This document shows, piece by piece, positions 56,427-64,000 of a stretch of 64,000 nt of DNA. The notes beneath the pieces were generated by a model, which worked only from the letters and a program-made list of their open reading frames with translations, did no database searches and was not told the DNA's origin. The stretch comes from an uncultured bacterium (GTDB lineage: Bacteria > Krumholzibacteriota > Krumholzibacteriia > LZORAL124-64-63): the NCBI GenBank assembly GCA_963727525.1, contig CAVSGO010000007.1, positions 1,568,001 to 1,632,000 of the forward strand, given 5' to 3'. A program made the position numbers and the translations under genes. Within the stretch, counting starts at the first letter, position 1; each line of letters opens with the position of its first letter.

Positions 56427-58157
56427 TCACATCATCTCGCCGTAGCCCTTCAGCTTGCGGCTGCGGCTGGGGTGGCGCAGCTTGCGCAGGGCCTTGGCCT
56501 CGATCTGGCGGACGCGCTCGCGCGTGACCTTGAAGATCGTGCCCACCTCTTCGAGGGTGCGCGGCGTGCCGTCGCCGAGGCCGAAGCGCAGGCGGATGAC
56601 CTTCTCCTCGCGGCGGCTCAGCGTGGAGAGCACCTTGGTGAGCTGGTCTTTCAGCATGCTCTGCACCGCGGTGCGCGCGGGCGAGGGCGCATTCTCGTCC
56701 TCAATGAAGTCGCTCAGACTGCTGTCCTCGTCCTCACCGATGGGGCGGTCGATCGACACCGGCTCCATGCTGGCCTTGATGACGCTCTGCACCTTCTCCA
56801 ACGGCATCACCAGACGCCCGGAGATCTCCTCCGGTGTGGGATCGCGGCCCAGCTCCTGCAGCATGGTTCGGCTCGTCTTGTTGACCTTGTTGATGGCCTC
56901 GATCATGTGCACGGGTACGCGAATGGTACGCGCTTGATCCGCGATGGCGCGGGTGATGGCCTGGCGGATCCACCACGTCGCGTAGGTGGAGAACTTGTAG
57001 CCCTTGCGATAGTCGAATTTCTCGACGGCGCGCATCAGGCCGCTGTTGCCCTCCTGGATGAGGTCGAGGAATTCGAGGCCGCGATTCGTGTAACGCTTGG
57101 CGATGGAGATCACCAGACGCACGTTGGCCTCGATCATCTCGCGCTGAGCCGCTTCGACCTGGCGCTTGCCCTGTACGATGTCCTCGCCTAGGCGGGCCAG
57201 CTCGTCGCGGCCGAAGCCGATCTCGCGCTCGATCTCCTGCGCCCGTTTGCGGTAGTTCTTGATCTGCCTGTACGACTCGTGCACGACCTCGCGCTGACCG
57301 TCGTTCAGGTTGGGGCCGTTACCCTTGATGGCCGCCGCCATCTCCCCGAAAGGCACGCGCGCATCCTGCTCGCAGCGCCCGATGCGCTCCTCGAGATCCC
57401 TCACCTTGGAATGCACGAGCAGCACCTTGTTCGATAGCGACTCGATCATCTCCGGAGCCAGGTTGAGATCGAGAAAAGCGTCGAGGATCTTCTTCTCGCG
57501 CGCATGGCCCATGCGGGTGAGCGTGGCCACGCGCGTGCTGTTGGTGCAGCTCGCCAGTTCGCCTTTGTACTGCACGATCTCGCGTTGCATCTTCTCGATA
57601 GCATCGAGGGTACGCAGGATGCGCTTGCCCTCCTTCACCGGCGACTGCTGCACACTCCAGGTGCTCGTGTCGATCTGGACGACCTTTTCCAGCGGTATCG
57701 ACTCGGCCATGAGCTGACTCGCCGCCTGACGCAGCTCGCGCATCGCGTGACCGCAGCGCAGCGTGGAGCGGATCACGGTGATGCGCCCCTGCTCCATACG
57801 CTTGGCCAGGTTCACCTCGCCCTGGCGCGTGAGGAGGGGCACGCGCCCCATCTCGCGCAGGTACATGCGCACCGGATCGTCGTACTTGATGTTGCTGCGC
57901 AGGGCTTTCTTGGCGGTGACCGCCTTCTTCTTCTCCTTGCGCTGCCGCGTGGCGAGCTTCTTGCCGGCCTCCTCCGCGTTGTCGAAGAAGTCGATCTGCA
58001 ATTCGGCGAGTTTCTCGTAGATCCGTTCGACGAGGTCCAGGTCGAACTCGGCCTCACCGAGGAGCTCGTTGATGTCGTCGTTCAGGATGAAGCCGCCGCG
58101 CTCCTTGGCCTTGCGCCGCACACCCTCGACGAGTCCCTCGAGACGGTCCTTCTCCAT
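56427..58157 (-). CDS. rpoD: Primary sigma factor RpoD
   Basis: [68 protein letters not shown]. Confidence 0.97.
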   Translation of the reverse strand: MEKDRLEGLVEGVRRKAKERGGFILNDDINELLGEAEFDLDLVERIYEKLAELQIDFFDNAEEAGKKLATRQRKEKKKAVTAKKALRSNIKYDDPVRMYLREMGRVPLLTRQGEVNLAKRMEQGRITVIRSTLRCGHAMRELRQAASQLMAESIPLEKVVQIDTSTWSVQQSPVKEGKRILRTLDAIEKMQREIVQYKGELASCTNSTRVATLTRMGHAREKKILDAFLDLNLAPEMIESLSNKVLLVHSKVRDLEERIGRCEQDARVPFGEMAAAIKGNGPNLNDGQREVVHESYRQIKNYRKRAQEIEREIGFGRDELARLGEDIVQGKRQVEAAQREMIEANVRLVISIAKRYTNRGLEFLDLIQEGNSGLMRAVEKFDYRKGYKFSTYATWWIRQAITRAIADQARTIRVPVHMIEAINKVNKTSRTMLQELGRDPTPEEISGRLVMPLEKVQSVIKASMEPVSIDRPIGEDEDSSLSDFIEDENAPSPARTAVQSMLKDQLTKVLSTLSRREEKVIRLRFGLGDGTPRTLEEVGTIFKVTRERVRQIEAKALRKLRHPSRSRKLKGYGEMM

Positions 58158-58232
58158 ACGATCGTGGCTCCCTGTTTATGATACCGCCCACGCGGCAACC
58201 GCGGCCCCCGGGGTATCGCGCTCCGTGTCTCG

Positions 58233-59969
58233 TTAGCCTCGGTCGAACGCCCGGGCCTGGTGCAGTCTCTCGAGGGACTCACGCACGGCCCGGTCAAAGT
58301 CTCCCTCCGCAGGATAGTACTCAGGTCGCTCGAGCAGATCGGTCACCCAGCGACGATAGCTCGCGTCCTGCACGTGCCAGCGCTGCTGCACGAAATCAGC
58401 CGGCCCCAGCGTGGTACTGTGCGCGGACTCCGACGCCCAGACTTCCAGCTCGCCGACCAGCACGGTGGCCGCCGGCGTCATGAACGTCAGTTCGCCCCGT
58501 TCCGCGAGGAAACGCGAGGCAGCCTGTCCCGTGGTATCACGCAGCACGTGCGCGAAGAGTTCCGCTTCAACGACCTCGCGCCGTACCGTGGTGAAGGTGC
58601 GAAACTGCGGCGGTCGCGGTCGCGCAACCGTCGATGCCACCTCGTCCTCGCTCGCCTCATCCTCGGCCGTGGCGACCACGGGCCGCAGGCCGGTGGCCAT
58701 GCCTGCCAGGGTGGCTCGCGCCACCTCGGGCGGCAGGCCGAAGAGCTCGGCGGTCTCCTGCAGCATCAGCTCGCGGCGCATGGGATCCGACACGGCGGCC
58801 ACCGTCGTGAGGGCCTGGCGTGCGCCCTTCTCGCGCGCGAAGCGATCGTCGCCCGCCGCGACGACGGCATCGTGCAGGAAGTGCAGGTAGGGCACCGCCG
58901 CGTCAAGCACCTCGCGCACGGCTTCCGCACCGCCCTGCATCGCGAGATCGCAGGGATCCACGCCCGCCGGCAAGCTCGCCACCTCGGCCTCGAGCCCGGC
59001 GCTCAGTGCGAGGTGACTGCTCTTGACCGCCGCCTTGCGCCCGGCGAAATCGCCGTCGAAGAGCATGACGACCTTGCGCGCGCCACGTCGCAAGAGTCGG
59101 GCCTGATCCACCGTGAAGGACGTGCCGCACGTAGCCACGACGTTCGCGATGCCGATCTGGGCCAGGGCCATCAAATCGAGATACCCCTCGACGAGTACCG
59201 CCGTCTTGCTCCGGGCAATGACCATACGGGAAGCGTCGAATCCATAAAGAAGCTTCCCCTTGGTAAAATACGGACTGTCGGAGGAGTTGAGGTACTTGGG
59301 CTCACCCGGCCCCAGGACGCGTCCGCCGAACCCGGCGACCTGGCGGGCAATGTTCCGAATAGGAAAGATAATGCGGTCGCGGAAATAGGCAAACGATCCG
59401 CCCCGGTCGCCCCGCCGCACAAGTCCCGCCGAGACAGCGAGTTCCTCGCTCACGCCCGCCTTCGCCAGCCACCGGGGCAGCCAATCGCCGGCCGGGGCGA
59501 ATCCCACGTCGTAGCGATCGAGGATCTCGGGGGCGAAGCCGCGATCATCGAGGTACTCGCGGGAGGGCTGACCCCGTCGCTCGTCCTGGAATGCCTCGCG
59601 AAAGGCGGAAACGGCCATCTCGTTGGCCCGGAAGAAGGCCCGCTTCTCCCCCTCGTCGGATCCCGCCTGGAGAAACTGCGCAAGGTCGATGTCCAGGGTA
59701 CGAGCCAGCGTTTCCACCGCCTCGGGAAAGGCGATGCCCTCGACGGCCATCAGGAAGGCGATGGCATCGCCGCCCTCGCCGCAGCCGAAGCACTTGTAAC
59801 TCTGACGCGTGGGATTGACGGTGAAGCTCGGCGTCTTTTCGCGGTGGAACGGACACAGACCCTTGTACCCCGACCCCGCCGGCCGGAGCGGTACGTACCG
59901 TCCCACGAGCTCGACGATGTCGGTGTCGTCCTTGATCCTGGCGATGATCTCGGGTGGAAACGCCGTCAT
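58233..59969 (-). CDS. dnaG: DNA primase
   Basis: CPFHREKTPSF...CFGC, FRDRIIFPI, FGGR, PKYLNS, VEGYLD, FDGDFAG. Confidence 0.96.
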   Translation of the reverse strand: MTAFPPEIIARIKDDTDIVELVGRYVPLRPAGSGYKGLCPFHREKTPSFTVNPTRQSYKCFGCGEGGDAIAFLMAVEGIAFPEAVETLARTLDIDLAQFLQAGSDEGEKRAFFRANEMAVSAFREAFQDERRGQPSREYLDDRGFAPEILDRYDVGFAPAGDWLPRWLAKAGVSEELAVSAGLVRRGDRGGSFAYFRDRIIFPIRNIARQVAGFGGRVLGPGEPKYLNSSDSPYFTKGKLLYGFDASRMVIARSKTAVLVEGYLDLMALAQIGIANVVATCGTSFTVDQARLLRRGARKVVMLFDGDFAGRKAAVKSSHLALSAGLEAEVASLPAGVDPCDLAMQGGAEAVREVLDAAVPYLHFLHDAVVAAGDDRFAREKGARQALTTVAAVSDPMRRELMLQETAELFGLPPEVARATLAGMATGLRPVVATAEDEASEDEVASTVARPRPPQFRTFTTVRREVVEAELFAHVLRDTTGQAASRFLAERGELTFMTPAATVLVGELEVWASESAHSTTLGPADFVQQRWHVQDASYRRWVTDLLERPEYYPAEGDFDRAVRESLERLHQARAFDRG

Positions 59970-60027
59970 GTTGCCGCCGCGAGCCGCCTCCTGCCTCGTC
60001 AGGCGCCACTATCAGATGCGATCTTGC

Positions 60028-60056
60028 AAATTAGCATGATTATGGGCAAACAACAA
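60028..60056 (-). promoter_or_regulatory. Putative sigma70 promoter of dnaG-rpoD
   Basis: TTGTTG-N17-TAATTT with an extended -10 TG. Confidence 0.55.
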
Positions 60057-60083
60057 GCAGGAGCCAGGCAAGCAGGACCCAGG
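60054..60083 (+). repeat. 15-bp tandem direct repeat
   Basis: CAAGCAGGAGCCAGG followed by CAAGCAGGACCCAGG. Confidence 0.7.
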
Positions 60084-60167
60084 ACACCTGATGCCTTTGA
60101 ATAGTCGTGCCGGAAATCGTGTAACTCGACTCGTCGGTCCGCGTAGTGCGACCGCAGGAGGTCCACC

Positions 60168-60398
60168 GTGTACAGAACCCTGCGCTCATTCCGCTTCCTT
60201 TTCACCGCCCCGCTGATCCTGGCGATCTGCTTCGTCGTCGCACGCATGACCAGCGGCGACTGGTTCCACTGGGCCGCCCTCGGCATCGGCATCGCCTGGT
60301 TCTTCGCGCTCCTGCGCGTCATCCAGGCCATCATCGTGGTCGGTGGCCTGGCCGCGTTCATGGCGTGGTTGTCGCGCCGGAAGCCGCCGGCGGGCTGA
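60168..60398 (+). CDS. Small membrane protein (76 aa)
   Basis: AGGAGG RBS; GTG start; 2-3 hydrophobic helices; GC-typical codon use. Confidence 0.7.
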   Translation: MYRTLRSFRFLFTAPLILAICFVVARMTSGDWFHWAALGIGIAWFFALLRVIQAIIVVGGLAAFMAWLSRRKPPAG

Positions 60399-60422
60399 AC
60401 CCGTCTGCGAGGCGCTTCGGGC

Positions 60423-60452
60423 TGGCCCCGTTCCACATGGCCCCGTTCCACG
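60423..60452 (+). repeat. 15-bp tandem direct repeat
   Basis: TGGCCCCGTTCCACA followed by TGGCCCCGTTCCACG. Confidence 0.75.
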
Positions 60453-60592
60453 CTTTACCGCGGCCGCCGGCCCTGATAAGATGATGAACGGCGCGTTCTT
60501 TCCGTGCGCGGGATTCCCCCGCGCAGCCGATCGGCGCGCCGATTCCTCGCCTGACCCGGTATCCTCTGGACCGCGGAGAAGAGCGCGACCTC

Positions 60593-62017
60593 ATGACGCC
60601 CGTCGAAGGACCGCTCGTCGTCGATCTCGACGGCACGCTCATCCGCAGCGATCTGCTCTACGAGAGCCTGTTTCGCCTGCTGTCCACGCGCCCCGGCGAC
60701 GCGTGGCGATTGCCGTTCTGGCTCGCCCGGGGCCGCAGCACCCTCAAGGCCCGGATCGCAGAGCGTGTCACTCTCGAGCCGGCCACCCTGCCGCTGGTGC
60801 AGGAGGTCATTGACCTCGCGCGGTCGGAGAAGGCGCGTGGCCGCCGGGTGTGCCTGGCGACGGCGTCCACGCGCGCGCTGGCGGACATCGTGGCCGCGCA
60901 TCTGGGGTGCTTCGACGACGTGCTGGCCTCCGACGAGTCCCTCAACCTTTCCGGCACGCGCAAGGCCGAGCGGCTCTGTCAGGAGTACGGAGACGGGCAG
61001 TTCGACTACGTAGGCGACTCGCGCACCGATCTCGCGGTCTGGGCGCACGCGCGCCGGGCCATCGCGGTGAACTGCTCGCGCACGACGCTGCACGCGCTGC
61101 GCAAGCGCCATCCCGACGCCGTGTGCCTCGCCCCGCGACGTACGCGCCTGTGGGACTACGTTCGTCTGGTGCGCGTGCACCAATGGGTGAAGAACGCGTT
61201 GCTCTTCCTGCCGATGCTGATGGCGCACGCCCTGGCACCGGAAAAGATCGGTACCCTCTCGCTCGCGTTCCTCGCATTCTCGAGTGTGGCGTCGTCGGTG
61301 TACCTGATCAACGATCTCCTCGACCTGACGGCCGACCGCGACCACGCCACCAAGCGTCGGCGTCCCCTGGCCAGCGGCGCCGTGCCGCTTCTGCACGCCA
61401 TGGTCATGGCCCCCGTCCTGCTGCTGTTCGGCGGCGCGCTGGCGGCCACGATCTCCCTGCCCTTCCTGGGTATCCTCGCCTCGTACTTCGCGGTGACCCT
61501 GGCCTACAGCCTCATCTTGAAGCGGCAAGCCGTCGTCGACGTGCTCGTGCTCGCGGGTCTCTACACGCTGCGGCTCATCGCCGGCGGTATCGCCGCCCGC
61601 GTGCCCCTGTCGGCCTGGCTGCTCGCGTTCTCGATGTTCCTGTTCCTGTGCCTCGCCCTGGTCAAACGCCACACCGAGCTGCATGCCCGCGTCAGTGCCG
61701 GCAGGGGCGATCCGCGCGGGCGCGGCTACCATCTCGCCGACATGCCCATCCTCGAGGCCCTCGCGGGGGCGGCGGGCTACTCGGCGGTGGTCGTGCTGGC
61801 CCTGTACGTCAACAGCCCCGTGGTCACCGAGCTGTATCGCCGGCCCGAGGGACTCTGGTTCGTTTGCGTGCTGTTGCTGTACTGGGTGAGCCGCGTGCTG
61901 CTGCTGATGCACCGTGGCGAGATGAACGACGATCCCGTGGTCTTCGCCCTGAAGGACCGCACGAGCCTGATCACCGTCCTTCTGGCTGGCATCGTCAGCG
62001 TCATCAGCGTGCTATGA
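60593..62017 (+). CDS. HAD phosphatase-UbiA fusion (polyprenyl-phosphate phosphoribosyltransferase, Rv3806c/NoeC-like)
   Basis: HAD motifs DLDGT, ATAS, GDSRTD; UbiA motifs RVHQWVKN, NDLLDLTADRDHATKRRRPLASG, DDPVVFALKD. Confidence 0.85.
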   Translation: MTPVEGPLVVDLDGTLIRSDLLYESLFRLLSTRPGDAWRLPFWLARGRSTLKARIAERVTLEPATLPLVQEVIDLARSEKARGRRVCLATASTRALADIVAAHLGCFDDVLASDESLNLSGTRKAERLCQEYGDGQFDYVGDSRTDLAVWAHARRAIAVNCSRTTLHALRKRHPDAVCLAPRRTRLWDYVRLVRVHQWVKNALLFLPMLMAHALAPEKIGTLSLAFLAFSSVASSVYLINDLLDLTADRDHATKRRRPLASGAVPLLHAMVMAPVLLLFGGALAATISLPFLGILASYFAVTLAYSLILKRQAVVDVLVLAGLYTLRLIAGGIAARVPLSAWLLAFSMFLFLCLALVKRHTELHARVSAGRGDPRGRGYHLADMPILEALAGAAGYSAVVVLALYVNSPVVTELYRRPEGLWFVCVLLLYWVSRVLLLMHRGEMNDDPVVFALKDRTSLITVLLAGIVSVISVL

Positions 62018-62427
62018 GTTCTCTCGACTCGCTCGGATTCGCCGCTCGCTACGCCTTCTTCGCCGGCATCGCCGCGCTGGTGAACATCGGCGCGCAGTGG
62101 TTGTGGTTCCACACGTACGACGGCCCGCACGCGCTCGGTGCGGCGCTCGCCGTCGGCACCGGCGCGGGCCTGCTCGTGAAGTACGTGCTCGACAAGCGGT
62201 GGATCTTCTACGACCGCGAGACCCGCCTGATCGCCCGGGGACGCCAGTTCATCCTCTACAGCCTGATGGGCGTGGGCACGACCGTGATCTTCTGGGGCAC
62301 CGAGATCATCTTCGACCACATCGGCCACGGCCCCGCCTGGAAGTACCTCGGCGGCGCGATCGGGCTGACGTTGGGCTACCTCACGAAATACCGCCTGGAT
62401 AAGCGCTTCGTGTTCCGGTCGATCTGA
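62014..62427 (+). CDS. GtrA-family polyprenyl-sugar flippase
   Basis: RYAFFAGIA, GLLVKYVLDKRWIF, KYRLDKRFVF; 4 TM segments; ATGA overlap with the UbiA gene. Confidence 0.85.
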   Translation: MSSLDSLGFAARYAFFAGIAALVNIGAQWLWFHTYDGPHALGAALAVGTGAGLLVKYVLDKRWIFYDRETRLIARGRQFILYSLMGVGTTVIFWGTEIIFDHIGHGPAWKYLGGAIGLTLGYLTKYRLDKRFVFRSI

Positions 62428-62465
62428 GCCCACCTTATTCACGCGATAGCGTGAATAAGTGGGCT
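62427..62465. terminator. 17-bp palindrome between convergent gtrA and mutS2 (bidirectional terminator or REP-like element)
   Basis: AGCCCAC-C-TTATTCACGC-GATA-GCGTGAATAA-GTGGGCT. Confidence 0.55.
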
Positions 62466-62474
62466 GAGGCGACG

Positions 62475-64000
62475 TCACTCCCGCAATGTCACGATCGTCG
62501 CTCCCGGGTTGCTCTCCTGCTCGCCGGCGGGGCGGCAGGAGGCGACGCGGGAGTCGCGGGCGAGGCGCTCGAGGAGGGTGTCGCGCAAGCGGCCGGTGCC
62601 GATGCCGTGGATGAGGGTGATGCTCGTCAGACCCACGGGCAGGGCGCGGTCGAGCAGGCGATCGACGCGTTCCCAGGCTTCCTCGACACGCTGGCCGCGC
62701 AGGTCGAGCTCGGGCGTGAGTTCGGAGGCGTCGCCTTGCCAGGACCAGCCGCCGCGATCGCGCGGGCCCGCCGTGTCGACGACGGCGGCCGGACCGGTCG
62801 CCGGCTCGCCGCTCTCGGCGATGCGCTCCACGCCGTCGGGCGCGACGGTGAGGCGCATGCCCTCGGCCACGACGGTGATCTGGTTGCCGCGGACCTCGGT
62901 GACTCGCCCTTTCAGGCCCAGGTGCGGCACCCGCACGCGGTCGCCGACCTCCGGGGCCCCCCCGCGCGTCGGTTCGCTGGCGGGCACGTCGGGAAGCCGG
63001 CGCGCGAGATCGTCGGCAACGTCGCGCGCTCGCTTGACGACGACCTTCTCTCCCAGCGTATCGCGCACCTCGCGCACGGCGCGCTCGATCTCGCGGCGGG
63101 CCTCGGCCAGGAGATCATCGCCGGCGCGGCGTACGCGGGCGAGCTCGCGCTTGTGGTCGCGGTCGAGGTCGCCCAGGCGAGTGTCGAGTTCCCGCTCGCG
63201 CGCGGCGAGCTGCTGCCGGCGCACGTCGAGGTCGGCCTGGTCGCTCACGAACCGGCGCGCCCGCCGACCGAGGTCGGCCAGCAAGGCCTCGATCTGCACC
63301 CGATCCTCGCCCACGCGGGCGCGAGCGGCAGTGAGGAGGTCGGCGTCGAGGCCCACGCGACGGGCGATGTCGAAGGCGTGGCTCGCGCCGGGGTCGCCCA
63401 GGCGCACGGCGAAGAGCGGCTGTAGCGAGGCCTCGTCGTAATCCATAGCGGCGTTGATCATGGCGGGATGGTCGTTCACCGCCGCCTTCAGCAGGCCGTA
63501 GTGCGTCGAGGCGATCACCAGCGCGCCCCGCGCGGTCAGACGCTCGAGCACGGCGAAGGCGAGCGCCGTACCTTCCTGCGGATCCGTCCCGGTGCCGATC
63601 TCATCGCAGAGCACGAGGCTGTTTTCGTCGGCGTCGGCGAGGAAGCGGCGCAGATGCGTGAGGTGCGCGCTGAAGCTGGAGAGCGACTCCTCGATCGATT
63701 GCTCGTCGCCGAGATCGACGTGGAGTTGGCGCACCAGGGGCAGGCGCGTATCCTCGCGCGCAGGCACGTCCCAACCGGCCTGCGCCAGCAGCACGAACAC
63801 CCCCACCGTCTTCATGGCCACCGATTTGCCGCCCGCGTTGGCGCCGCTGATCACCACGGCGCGCACGGCCGCTGGCAGCTCCAGATCGAGAGGTACGACG
63901 TCGCCGTGGTCCTCGCCCCGTTGGCGGGCGTCGTCGAGCGCGGCCGCGAGCAGGGGATGCCGCCCCTGACACACGCGCAGGGTGGCGCCTCTCTCGAGGC
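62475..64000 (-). CDS. mutS2: Endonuclease MutS2, 3' part (5' end outside the window)
   Basis: ISGANAGGKS, GDEQSIEESLSSFSAH, DEIGTGTDPQEG, STHY, coiled coil, KOW, Smr (LDLRGQ...IHGIGTG). Confidence 0.92.
   Translation of the reverse strand, partial: LERGATLRVCQGRHPLLAAALDDARQRGEDHGDVVPLDLELPAAVRAVVISGANAGGKSVAMKTVGVFVLLAQAGWDVPAREDTRLPLVRQLHVDLGDEQSIEESLSSFSAHLTHLRRFLADADENSLVLCDEIGTGTDPQEGTALAFAVLERLTARGALVIASTHYGLLKAAVNDHPAMINAAMDYDEASLQPLFAVRLGDPGASHAFDIARRVGLDADLLTAARARVGEDRVQIEALLADLGRRARRFVSDQADLDVRRQQLAARERELDTRLGDLDRDHKRELARVRRAGDDLLAEARREIERAVREVRDTLGEKVVVKRARDVADDLARRLPDVPASEPTRGGAPEVGDRVRVPHLGLKGRVTEVRGNQITVVAEGMRLTVAPDGVERIAESGEPATGPAAVVDTAGPRDRGGWSWQGDASELTPELDLRGQRVEEAWERVDRLLDRALPVGLTSITLIHGIGTGRLRDTLLERLARDSRVASCRPAGEQESNPGATIVTLRE

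Overview
High-GC (roughly 70% by eye) bacterial chromosome segment made up mostly of housekeeping genes. The rplM-rpsI-rpsB-tsf gene order, an FlgD/T9SS-like C-terminal domain and Omp85/TamB genes suggest a diderm FCB-group organism, possibly Krumholzibacteriota/Latescibacterota-like (inference). In order, it holds: peptide and acyl-CoA catabolism genes (M29, M17 and M1 aminopeptidases, a DAACS symporter, methylmalonyl-CoA epimerase, thiolase-hbd-acyl-CoA dehydrogenase); an ABC-2 exporter, xseAB and a MATE pump; a sensory block (PAS/GAF pseudo-histidine kinase, orphan solute-binding lipoprotein, orphan cheW); pcrA; a TamA-TamB-(metallopeptidase/beta-propeller/Omp85) locus; rplM-rpsI-rpsB-tsf-pyrH-frr-uppS-cdsA-dxr-rseP; recJ-rel-dtd-maf-mtnA; RNase P RNA; dnaG-rpoD-tRNA-Ile2-tRNA-Val-zinc ribbon-rnhA; a HAD-UbiA/GtrA pair; and a partial mutS2. 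I saw no CRISPR array, transposase, integrase or prophage. The strongest candidate for an undescribed system is a 13-residue C-terminal tail, ExxS/T/N-[WF]-G-x-V-K-S-x-[FY]-[RL]-stop, shared in identical register by three secreted proteins of two different folds. It looks like a protein-sorting signal. All family calls come from motif recognition by eye, with no database searches; start codons were picked from RBS and overlap evidence and may be off.
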